Shown here: positions 1 through 7,965 of the stretch, piece after piece
Numbering within the stretch: position 1 is the first letter of the stretch
How the letters are laid out: each line of letters opens with the position of its first letter
From: Elusimicrobiota bacterium
GTDB taxonomy: Bacteria; Elusimicrobiota; Elusimicrobia; UBA1565; UBA9628
DNA length: 64,000 bases
Direction of reading: 5' to 3'
NCBI GenBank assembly: GCA_026388095.1
Contig: JAPLKL010000041.1
Span: 36,016 to 100,015 of the forward strand
Position numbers and translations under genes: made by a program
The notes under the pieces: model-generated
Database searches by the model: none
The model's input: the letters and a program-made list of their open reading frames with translations, nothing else
Told to the model about the DNA's origin: nothing

Positions 1-232
1 TCAAGCCTATGATGCCGGCTTTGGTGGCCAGCAGGCCGCCGCTGATCCCCGCGCCCAGCAGGCCGCCCAGGCCCCCGGCTCCGCCGCCGCCGACCGCGCC
101 GAGTCCGGCCGCGCCGCCGCCGGCCTCGGTCCCGATGCCCAAGCGGAACAGGAGCGCCGCCAAGCCGCTGCGCTTCTTCTCTTCCCGGTTCACTTCCGGG
201 TTGATTTTAGGAAGATCGGTTTCTTGGCCCAT
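1..232 (-). CDS. Gly-rich membrane/exported hypothetical protein, 5' part (runs off window edge)
   Basis: Read by eye, not in ORF track: ATG at 232 with GGAGA RBS; MGQETDLPKINPEVNREEKKRSGLAALLFRLGIGTEAGGGAAGLGAVGGGGAGGLGGLLGAGISGGLLATKAGIIGL, open to position 1. Confidence 0.7.
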   Translation of the reverse strand, partial: MGQETDLPKINPEVNREEKKRSGLAALLFRLGIGTEAGGGAAGLGAVGGGGAGGLGGLLGAGISGGLLATKAGIIGL

Positions 233-247
233 AGCGTTCTCCCATCG

Positions 248-1297
248 TCAGTGAATTGTCTGTTGACCGTGAGTCGGATCGATCTGGTTCGCCATTGCGG
301 CAGTAGTCGCGCTGTTCGCGGCCCCGCCCGCCACGCCGCCGAAAACGCTGCCGACGACTCCCGTGACCACCCCGCCCACCACCGCGCTGATGACCATCAT
401 CATGATGGCTTTGCGCATCTGCTCGCCTTCGTCAACGGCGGGAGCCGCGAATTTCCCGGGCACGGACTCCATCTTGTTTACGTTGGCGTTGGGATCATTG
501 GCCTTGAGGTTCGCGGGCACGGCGTCAAAGCCCGTGTAGGCCCCGCCCTGGGCCGTGCCCGGGCCGCCGCCGATGGCCGAGCCGCCGCGGCTGCCGTCGA
601 AGCTGGCGCCGGACATGGCCCGTGCCGCGTCGGCGCTCTTGGTCGTGAGCGCGGCCTGGCCCTGGGAGGCCGCCCCCTTCAAGGAGTTCATGATGGGCTT
701 GCCGCCCTGGCCGGCTCCGGAGTCGCCCGGGCCCAAGCCCCGAGTCTGGGCGAAGCCGGTCTTGGCCACGCTCGTGCCGAACGCTCCCGAGACGCTCGGG
801 CCGGAGCTGGCCCCGCTGCCGCCGGATCCCCCCATCCCGGAAAGCGAGCTGAAATTGCCCTTGGGGGGCGTGAAGGGGACCTGGGGCTTGGCGCCGCCCC
901 AGCTCGCCGAGGCTTCGGTCTTGCGGCTGACGTCTTTGAGTGCGTCGGCGAAGGACGCGGAGCCGGTCAGCGGCGCGCCCGGAGCCGCCGCCCCCGTCGC
1001 AGCTTCAGGGGGGGCCTGATAGAGAGAAGACATGGATTCGCCGTCCGCCTTCTTCTTTCCGTAGGCGTTGTCCATGGAGAGGTCCACCGCCTGGCCGGGA
1101 GCGCCGCTGGGGTTGGCCATGCTGTCGAGGCTCTGATTCTCGCTCTTGAGGCCGTGCGCGCGCACGGAGCCGGACCCTACGGAAGTGTCCATCAAAGGCA
1201 TGCAGACCCAGGCTCCGACGCCGGCGAAGCCAAGGAGGATGACCCACCAGTACTTCTTGAACGGGTCATTGCCCTGCTTGATCTTGATGATGTTCAT
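248..1297 (-). CDS. Gly/Ser/Ala-rich hypothetical protein with N- and C-terminal hydrophobic segments
   Basis: N-terminal TM YWWVILLGFAGVGAWVCMPLM, low-complexity middle, C-terminal GxxxG-rich hydrophobic helix; start either ATG 1297 or GTG 1342. Confidence 0.75.
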   Translation of the reverse strand: MNIIKIKQGNDPFKKYWWVILLGFAGVGAWVCMPLMDTSVGSGSVRAHGLKSENQSLDSMANPSGAPGQAVDLSMDNAYGKKKADGESMSSLYQAPPEAATGAAAPGAPLTGSASFADALKDVSRKTEASASWGGAKPQVPFTPPKGNFSSLSGMGGSGGSGASSGPSVSGAFGTSVAKTGFAQTRGLGPGDSGAGQGGKPIMNSLKGAASQGQAALTTKSADAARAMSGASFDGSRGGSAIGGGPGTAQGGAYTGFDAVPANLKANDPNANVNKMESVPGKFAAPAVDEGEQMRKAIMMMVISAVVGGVVTGVVGSVFGGVAGGAANSATTAAMANQIDPTHGQQTIH

Positions 1298-1346
1298 AAC
1301 CACCACTGAAGGCGGCCCTGCAAGCGCGCTGAACTCCGACACGCTC

Positions 1347-1375
1347 AGTTTAGCCTCCGGCTATTGTTTTGTCAA
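1347..1375 (-). promoter_or_regulatory. sigma70-type promoter TTGACA-N17-TAAACT
   Basis: Consensus -35 at 1370-1375, 17-nt spacer, TAAACT at 1347-1352. Confidence 0.75.
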
Positions 1376-1460
1376 GAGAAACCGTTTTCCTTACTCTATT
1401 TTTACCGATTGGCCCCCCCATGAATGGCGCCCGGAAGCCCGGTCCGTCCGGAAGGCGCGC

Positions 1461-3167
1461 TCAGGCGGGCGGCGCGCCCGGGGGGACAGGAAAGGAGGCC
1501 GGGCCTGCGAGCGGCTGAGAGCCGGGCGGCAGAGGGATGGGCCTGGGCGGTTTGCCGTATTCCATGAAAATGCTTACGATCTCGTCATAATCGAGCTCGT
1601 CGCGCCGCACCAGTTCGGCCGCGAAGCGGTCCAGGATGCGCGATTCGGTCCTCAGGACTTGATCGACTTCGACCAGGCACTCATGGAGGATGCGCTGGGT
1701 CTCGATGTTGAGCTTCGCCTTGAGATGCTCGGAGAGCTGGTCTCCCCGCATGCTCTGGCCCGAGGGGATGACGGAGAAGTCCCCGATGAAGCCGTCGCCG
1801 CCCATACCCAGGCTCCAGACCATGTCGTGGGCGAGCGTCATGGCGTTGGAGAAGTCGGCGGAGACCCCGCTGGTGGTCACGCCGTAGCGGATCTTCTCGG
1901 CGGCATAGCCGCCCAAAGAGGTCTTGATATGGCCCAGAATCCGGTTGCGGTCGGAGAGATGGAGCTCCTCGCGCGGGATATGGTGCACCACGCCCAGACT
2001 GCCCGCCCGCTGGATGATCGAGGCCTTGAACACATCGTCCGTGGGATGCAGGAGGTAGAGCACCATCAGGTGGCCGGCCTCGTGGTAGGCCACCATCTCC
2101 CGCTCCCGCGGCGACATGGTCAGGCGGTGGGCCACGCCGAGCTCGATGCGCTCGAGGGCAGTGGAGATATCCTTGTAGTTGATGAGCTCCCGCCGGTCGC
2201 GCAGGGCCACCAAGGCGCCCTCCTTGAGGATGTTCTCGATCTCGGCCGGGGTCTTGAAGACCGCCTTGCGCGCCAGCCGCCCCAGATCCACGGCCGGGTC
2301 GAGATGGACCTTCTTGGCGTAATAGGCGAAGATCTCTTCACGCTCCTGCAGGTTCGGCCGCCCGATGGCGATGGTGCGGTCGAAGCGGCCGGGCCGCATC
2401 AGGGCGGGGTCGAGGACCTCCTCCCGCGCGTTCATGGCGCCGAGGACCACGATGTGGCTCTCGTCGTCGGTGAGGCCGTCCATCTCCACGAGGAGCTGGT
2501 TGAGGGTGCTGTTGGACTCGGAGGAGCCGCCGAAGGCGTCCAGGAACGTGCGCTGCTTGCCCACGACCTCGAGCTCGTCTATGAAGATGAGGCAGGCGCC
2601 GTAAGCCTGGGCGTACTGCCGGGCCTGCTTGAAGAGCTTGCGCACGCGCGAGGCCCCCACGCCCACGAAGACCTCCACGAACTCCGAGCCGGCGGTGGAG
2701 AGGAACGGCACGCCGGCCTCGGTGGCGATGGCCTTGGCCAGCATGGTCTTGCCGCAGCCCGGGGGCCCGACCATGAGCATGCCGTGCAGGATCTTGCCGC
2801 CCACGCGCTTCAAGGCCGCGCGGTCCTTGATGAGCTGGACCATCTCCCAGGCCTCGCGCTTGGCCTCGATGAGGCCGATGACGTCCGTAAAGCGCACCTT
2901 GACCTGGGAGGCGTCGACCTTGGACTTCTTGAGCTGGGCGAAGCCTCCGCCGTACTGCAAGAGATACAGGAAGCCCACGAAGACCAAGGTCTGCAGGATG
3001 CCCCAGGGCAAAGAGGCCACGTTGATGCCCACGATATAGCGCCGGACGCTCTCCTCCATGCCGGACATGTACCAGACCGGGATGATGATGGCCACGATGA
3101 AGCCGACCACGATGGCGACCACCAGCCAGTTGCGCTGCATGAAAAGGCGGATCTTGGCCCAGAGCAT
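1461..3167 (-). CDS. ftsH: FtsH-like AAA+ zinc metalloprotease (peptidase M41), short N-terminal region
   Basis: Two N-terminal TMs, Walker A GPPGCGKT, pore loop FVG, Walker B IFIDE, SRH MRPGRFDR, HEAGH zinc motif. Confidence 0.9.
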   Translation of the reverse strand: MLWAKIRLFMQRNWLVVAIVVGFIVAIIIPVWYMSGMEESVRRYIVGINVASLPWGILQTLVFVGFLYLLQYGGGFAQLKKSKVDASQVKVRFTDVIGLIEAKREAWEMVQLIKDRAALKRVGGKILHGMLMVGPPGCGKTMLAKAIATEAGVPFLSTAGSEFVEVFVGVGASRVRKLFKQARQYAQAYGACLIFIDELEVVGKQRTFLDAFGGSSESNSTLNQLLVEMDGLTDDESHIVVLGAMNAREEVLDPALMRPGRFDRTIAIGRPNLQEREEIFAYYAKKVHLDPAVDLGRLARKAVFKTPAEIENILKEGALVALRDRRELINYKDISTALERIELGVAHRLTMSPREREMVAYHEAGHLMVLYLLHPTDDVFKASIIQRAGSLGVVHHIPREELHLSDRNRILGHIKTSLGGYAAEKIRYGVTTSGVSADFSNAMTLAHDMVWSLGMGGDGFIGDFSVIPSGQSMRGDQLSEHLKAKLNIETQRILHECLVEVDQVLRTESRILDRFAAELVRRDELDYDEIVSIFMEYGKPPRPIPLPPGSQPLAGPASFPVPPGAPPA

Positions 3168-3221
3168 AGGAATTTTAGTTTAGCATTTAGCGGGCCTGAG
3201 GCGTGGCTGCGGCGATGGCCA

Positions 3222-3698
3222 TCAAGGGCCCAGACCCGGCAGGATGAAGGCGATGGGCCGGTCGCGGTTGGGCACGTACTTCGTCACCTCGAAAGTGAAG
3301 CCCGAGCTCTTGTAGAACGGCATGTTGATGGGATGGGTCTTGACCGTGAGGGTCACCACCTGCCAGACCTGGGTGCGGTTGATGTCGACCTGGGCCGCCT
3401 GCCCCAGCAGGTCGAGGAACGAACCGGCCTTGGTGCCGTAGCCCAGGTACTGGCTGACCTTGGTCTGGATGTCCCCCATGAGCTGGTTGTCCGAACTCAC
3501 GTAGGCCGCGTTGCGGTGCGACTCGAGCTGCCAGCGCCGGGCCGCGTAGAAGGACGCGATCTCGATCTTCTGCACGAGGATGAGCAGGGCGTAGATCTTG
3601 GCGAAGGCGAAGAGGAAGAACATGAACAGGGGGAAGAGCAGGACCGTCTCGGTCATGGCCTGCCCGGGCCGGCGCCTGCGCCAAGGGAATCTGATCAT
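3222..3698 (-). CDS. tadE: TadE/TadF-like minor pilin
   Basis: Basic leader then G|QAMTE (Glu+5) and hydrophobic helix followed by YAAR. Confidence 0.8.
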   Translation of the reverse strand: MIRFPWRRRRPGQAMTETVLLFPLFMFFLFAFAKIYALLILVQKIEIASFYAARRWQLESHRNAAYVSSDNQLMGDIQTKVSQYLGYGTKAGSFLDLLGQAAQVDINRTQVWQVVTLTVKTHPINMPFYKSSGFTFEVTKYVPNRDRPIAFILPGLGP

Positions 3699-4927
3699 GG
3701 GTATGTCCGGACCTGGAACTTGGGCGTCGGGTTGGGCCAGACCGAGGCCTTGGTGCCGGTGCCGTAGCCGTCTATGGCCACGGAGACATGGATCGCGGGG
3801 CCCCCGCCGGGGAAGTCGGTCTGGAAGTCGTGGTTGAAGTAGTTCTTGGAGACGATGAAGTTGTCGCCCGCCCCGCCCCAGAACTGGTTGACCGGGACGC
3901 CCCGGCTCCCATACTGGCTCGAGCTCAGCGCCGCGTTGAGCTTGCCGTCATGGGCGGAGCTGCCGTGGTGCACGCCCGTGATGCCGTCGCTGACCGTCAG
4001 GATCTGGAAAAGGCCGTGGCAGCCGTTGATGGGGCTGGCCATCTGGACCGGGCCGCCGTCAGGCGAATAGACCTGCCAGGGCTGGAACGTGGTGCCCGTC
4101 GGCTTGTTCCCGTAGAAATTGACGTACTGGTAGCAATGGTACTGGAGACTGCTGCCCAGACCCCAGCTGCCCATGCCCGCCTCGAAGAGGTTGGAGGCGG
4201 CGGCCGCCCCGTTGACGTCGGAGCCGGTGTTGAGCCAATAGGATTTCCGGAGGAAGTTGTGCGCCGACGCCAGGCGGTTGAGCACCGAATACTGGGCGTC
4301 CTCGACGGAGCCGAGCAGCTGGTAGATCTGGACGTAGAGCTTGTAGATCTGGTTGGCGTCGTCCCAGTTGAGCCAGTAGGCGTTGGCGTCGTCGTCTTTC
4401 TCCAGGCCCGTCAGGATCGTGATGCAGGGCGACTTGCCGGTGGGCGGACAGGACTCCCCGTCGATGTTCGACGGATCGTCGTTCTTGTCGCGGCCGGGCG
4501 GGCCCCCGTACCTGATGTTCCAGGAACCGTCGCTGTTGCTGAACTTGTCGTCATGCCTCGGCACGCAGTCCCCGTTGCGCTGGGGGAACACGCCCCGCCT
4601 GCAGAGGATCGTCCAAAGCCTCTTGTCCTCGGCGCCCTTGCTGTCGCAGCCGCCCTTCATCGAGCAGTCGAGGGTGGTGTCATAGAACCCCTCGTCGAAG
4701 ATGCGCATGGGGAAAGCGCCGTTGACGTAGGCGGTCCGGTTGAGGAAGTCGGAGTAGTTGGTCATCTCCACGAATACGGCCGCGTCGATGGCGAACTGAT
4801 GGCGGATCTTCTCGCGGGAGAGCTTCGCCGTCTCGTAGATGAGATAGACGAAAAGCATGAGGGTGGGGAACAGGAACAGGGCGGGGATGATGACCTGCCC
4901 CAAACGGCCTCTGCGGCGGGATAGCAT
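3695..4927 (-). CDS. tadG: TadG-like pilus-associated protein with Cys-rich extracellular domain
   Basis: MLSRRRGRLG|QVIIPALFLFPTLMLF...KIRHQFAIDAA matches the Tad N-terminal motif; start 4927 follows a TAACCT -10. Confidence 0.75.
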   Translation of the reverse strand: MLSRRRGRLGQVIIPALFLFPTLMLFVYLIYETAKLSREKIRHQFAIDAAVFVEMTNYSDFLNRTAYVNGAFPMRIFDEGFYDTTLDCSMKGGCDSKGAEDKRLWTILCRRGVFPQRNGDCVPRHDDKFSNSDGSWNIRYGGPPGRDKNDDPSNIDGESCPPTGKSPCITILTGLEKDDDANAYWLNWDDANQIYKLYVQIYQLLGSVEDAQYSVLNRLASAHNFLRKSYWLNTGSDVNGAAAASNLFEAGMGSWGLGSSLQYHCYQYVNFYGNKPTGTTFQPWQVYSPDGGPVQMASPINGCHGLFQILTVSDGITGVHHGSSAHDGKLNAALSSSQYGSRGVPVNQFWGGAGDNFIVSKNYFNHDFQTDFPGGGPAIHVSVAIDGYGTGTKASVWPNPTPKFQVRTYP

Positions 4928-4997
4928 CCCTAGAAGGTTAGCCCGAGGCCCGTGAAAAATCAAGGCCGGGACGGTAAAAAAGCGGTATCGGCGGGAC

Positions 4998-6041
4998 CTA
5001 GACGACCAGGAACTTGGCGGTCTCTTCGGTGTTGAAGCTGACCTGGGACGCCGCGAAGTCGATGGAGGTCGCGATGTGCTGCTGGAGCATCCCGTCCCTG
5101 CACCGGTTGATGCGCAGCTGGAAGGTCGTGGAGTAGAGCTCCCCGCGCACGCTCTCCACCTCGGCCCAAAGGCCCCGGTCGCCCCAGGGCTTGAGGGTCT
5201 CCGCCATGCCGGCCCGGTAGGCGGCGTAGTCCTCATCGTTCATGCGCCCGGTGGTGGCCATGTTGAAGACCAGCAGGCCCACGTCCTCGTCCGGCGGGAT
5301 GTTCTTGGCGATGAAGCGGGGGGCGTGCTCCGCCGGGCAGGCCACCAGCTGGAGGAAGCTGGCGTCCCGGGAGACCAGGTCCAGGACCACGTCTGCGGCC
5401 TGGTCCATCTCCTCGATGGCGCGCATGTTGTCCGGCGGCACGGCCGCGGTCAGCCAGCGCCTGTGGCTGATGTCCGAGAGCAGGAGCGGCTCAGGGTCCA
5501 GCCCGATGCGAGCCGCCACCAGGTCCGAGGCGAAGTTCTTCTCCGGCCGGACCATGTCCGCACAGAGGTCCAGGCCGGCGCCTGCGTTGACCTCAACCAG
5601 GTAGTACGGCAGCTTGCGGAAGCGCTGGAAGAACAGCAGGGCCGGGACCTTCCAGAGCCCGGTCCGCGCCGCCACGTAGGAGCGGCGGTGCCCGAGGCGC
5701 AGGCGGTGGTAGAACGAGTCCGGCGCGGCTGCCAGGAAACGGTCCAAGGCCGGAGCCGGGTCCGCCTCGGGAGTGCCGCCGCAGGAGGGGAAGTAGCGCA
5801 CCAGCGGGCAGTCCTCGTCGCTCAAAGCCTCGTAGTGCACCGCGCTCAGGAAGAGCTGCCAATCCTCGGTCCAGGCCACGAAGTTGCGCTTCTCCCAGGC
5901 CTTGAGGACCTTGGCCAGCCAAGGCGGGTCCCGCTTGACCGCCTCGGCCAGGTGGCGCACCATGGCGCCGGTCACGGGCAGCTTCATCGTGACCAGGGTC
6001 GCGCGCTCCAACTGGGCGAGGAACTGCTCCTTGGTGATCAA
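4998..6041 (-). CDS. DUF2332-family protein
   Basis: AVHYEAL...LVRYFPSCGG and LVEVNAGAGLDL motifs; TTG start at 6041 with G-rich RBS. Confidence 0.6.
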   Translation of the reverse strand: MITKEQFLAQLERATLVTMKLPVTGAMVRHLAEAVKRDPPWLAKVLKAWEKRNFVAWTEDWQLFLSAVHYEALSDEDCPLVRYFPSCGGTPEADPAPALDRFLAAAPDSFYHRLRLGHRRSYVAARTGLWKVPALLFFQRFRKLPYYLVEVNAGAGLDLCADMVRPEKNFASDLVAARIGLDPEPLLLSDISHRRWLTAAVPPDNMRAIEEMDQAADVVLDLVSRDASFLQLVACPAEHAPRFIAKNIPPDEDVGLLVFNMATTGRMNDEDYAAYRAGMAETLKPWGDRGLWAEVESVRGELYSTTFQLRINRCRDGMLQQHIATSIDFAASQVSFNTEETAKFLVV

Positions 6042-6049
6042 ACTTCGTC

Positions 6050-6117
6050 CCCCCGACGGAACGGCCGCCCCCCGCGGGGGGGCGGCCGGACTCGGCGCCT
6101 TCGGCGCCGAGTTCGAG
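6050..6117. repeat. Tandem GC-rich hairpins (REP-like), related to 54964-55062
   Basis: 12-bp stem 6062-6088 and 10-bp stem 6090-6112; 6050-6073 matches the reverse complement of 55039-55062 at 23/24. Confidence 0.7.
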
Positions 6118-6118
6118 T

Positions 6119-6790
6119 TCAAGTCTCTTGCGGCGAGATGAGCCCCATCTCGATGCCCTTGACCACGGCCTCCGTGCGGTTGGAGACCTCGAGCTTTTGG
6201 AACACGGCGTTCAAGTGGTTCTTGATGGTCTTGACCGAGCAGTCCATCTTGGCCGCGATCTCCTTGTTGGACATGCCCGAGCCCAGCAGCACCAGCACCC
6301 GGATCTCGGTCTTGGTCAGAGCCACCGGCGAGCCCTGCCCCTCGCCCGAGGCCATCTGGCGCAGCCCGGCGAGGAGCTTGCCCATGACCTGCTGGGGGAT
6401 CATCACGCCGTCGTTGGCGAAGGCCTTCAGGGCGTTGACCAGCTCGGAGGCGGGCAGCATCTTGGAGAGATAGCCGTTGGCGCCGGCCTGGATGGCCTCC
6501 ATCACGTGGGCCTCGTCCTCGTAGCTGGAGAGGATGAGGACGTTGGTGTCCGGGCATTCCTTGCGGATCACCCGCGTGGCCGCGATGCCGTCGATCTGGG
6601 GAAGCTTGATGTCCATGAGGATCACGTCGGGCTTGAGCTTCTTGGCCTGGCGGATGACGTCCTGGCCGTCAACGGCCTCGCCGACCACTTCGACGATCTT
6701 CTCGTTCTCCAGCAGGTCCTTGATCCCTTCGCGGAACAGCGTCTGGTCGTCGGCGATCAGCACTCTGACTCTTTTCTTCGGCGTGGGCAT
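6119..6790 (-). CDS. NarL/LuxR-family response regulator
   Basis: Receiver LIADD...VILMDIKLP plus LuxR HTH GMSNKEIAAKMDCSVKTIKNHL. Confidence 0.95.
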   Translation of the reverse strand: MPTPKKRVRVLIADDQTLFREGIKDLLENEKIVEVVGEAVDGQDVIRQAKKLKPDVILMDIKLPQIDGIAATRVIRKECPDTNVLILSSYEDEAHVMEAIQAGANGYLSKMLPASELVNALKAFANDGVMIPQQVMGKLLAGLRQMASGEGQGSPVALTKTEIRVLVLLGSGMSNKEIAAKMDCSVKTIKNHLNAVFQKLEVSNRTEAVVKGIEMGLISPQET

Positions 6791-6831
6791 TTCTTTCCCC
6801 CTTGGTCGTGTGTGTGAGTATATCAAAAAAT

Positions 6832-7953
6832 TCAACCGCCGGATTTCGGTATGGGGATCGTGAAATAGAATGTGGACCCCTGGCCCAGGCCCGGGCTCTC
6901 GACCCAGATCCTGCCCTTATGGCTGCCGATGATCTCCTTGGCGATGGACAGGCCGAGCCCGAGACGGCCGCCGCCGGCCTGGCTCTTGGCCTGATTGAAG
7001 CTCTCGAAGATCGTGTCGAGGTTCTCCGGCGCGATGCCTTCGCCCGTGTCCCGGATGGCGAACTGCACGCAGTCGCCGGCCTGGCTCACCAGGACCGCCA
7101 CCTCACCGCCCTTCGTGGTATGCCGGATGGCGTTCTCCAGGAGGTTGTTGAGGACTTGCATGACCCGCCGCTTGTCGCCGCAGACCATAGGCAGTCCCGG
7201 CGAGATCTGCGCCTTCAGAGACAGGCCGCGCGCCGCGGCCCGCCCCTGGGGCCCGAGCAACCCCTCCTCCACCATGGCCCCGGGAGCGAAGAAGCTCATC
7301 TCCAGACGGAACTTGCCCTGCTCGATGCAGGCCCAATCCACCAGGTCTTCGATGAGCCGGGCGAGCTGGCCGATGCCGTTGGAGATATAGACCATGCGCT
7401 TCTTCTGGTCCGCGTCGGGAGTGATGGACTGGGTGAGCATCTCGAAGCTCACCTGCAGGGTCATGAGCGAATTGGAGAGGTCGTGGGAGGACATGGAGAG
7501 GAACTTCGACTTCATCGCATTGAGACGGGTCAGCTGGGCGTTGGTCTCCTTGAGGTCGGCCATGAGGCGGCGGTTCTCGACCTCCAGGCGCAGCTTCTCC
7601 ATGGCCTTGACGATGGAGTGCTTGAGCCGGTCGAAGTCCACGGGCTTGGCCATGAAGTCCGTGACCGATTCCTGGATGGCCTTGACCGCGGTGTCGAGGT
7701 TGGCGTGCGCGGTCAGCATCAGGATCTGGCTCTCGGTGTTCACGGTCCGGATGCGCTTGATGACGTCGATGCCGGTGGCGTCGCCGAGGTTGTAGTCCAT
7801 GAGTATGACGTCGAAGAAGCGCTTCTGCACCGCCGCCAGGGCCTCGGCCCCCGAGGCGGCCTGCGCCACCTCGTAGCCCTCGACCTCGAGGTTGTCGTTG
7901 ATGCTCTCGCGCATGTTCGCGTCGTCGTCCACGATCAGGATGGAACCTTTCAT
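6832..7953 (-). CDS. Hybrid receiver-histidine kinase (REC-HisKA-HATPase)
   Basis: N-terminal receiver ILIVDDD/ILMD/KP; H-box SHDLSN; N-box NLLENAIRH; DTGEGI and GLGLGL. Confidence 0.92.
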   Translation of the reverse strand: MKGSILIVDDDANMRESINDNLEVEGYEVAQAASGAEALAAVQKRFFDVILMDYNLGDATGIDVIKRIRTVNTESQILMLTAHANLDTAVKAIQESVTDFMAKPVDFDRLKHSIVKAMEKLRLEVENRRLMADLKETNAQLTRLNAMKSKFLSMSSHDLSNSLMTLQVSFEMLTQSITPDADQKKRMVYISNGIGQLARLIEDLVDWACIEQGKFRLEMSFFAPGAMVEEGLLGPQGRAAARGLSLKAQISPGLPMVCGDKRRVMQVLNNLLENAIRHTTKGGEVAVLVSQAGDCVQFAIRDTGEGIAPENLDTIFESFNQAKSQAGGGRLGLGLSIAKEIIGSHKGRIWVESPGLGQGSTFYFTIPIPKSGG

Positions 7954-7965
7954 ATCTATGCCGCC

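Noticed and set aside
1146-3767. 873-aa plus-strand ORF
   Set aside because: Antisense shadow of ftsH/tadE, typical of high-GC codon bias; no motifs
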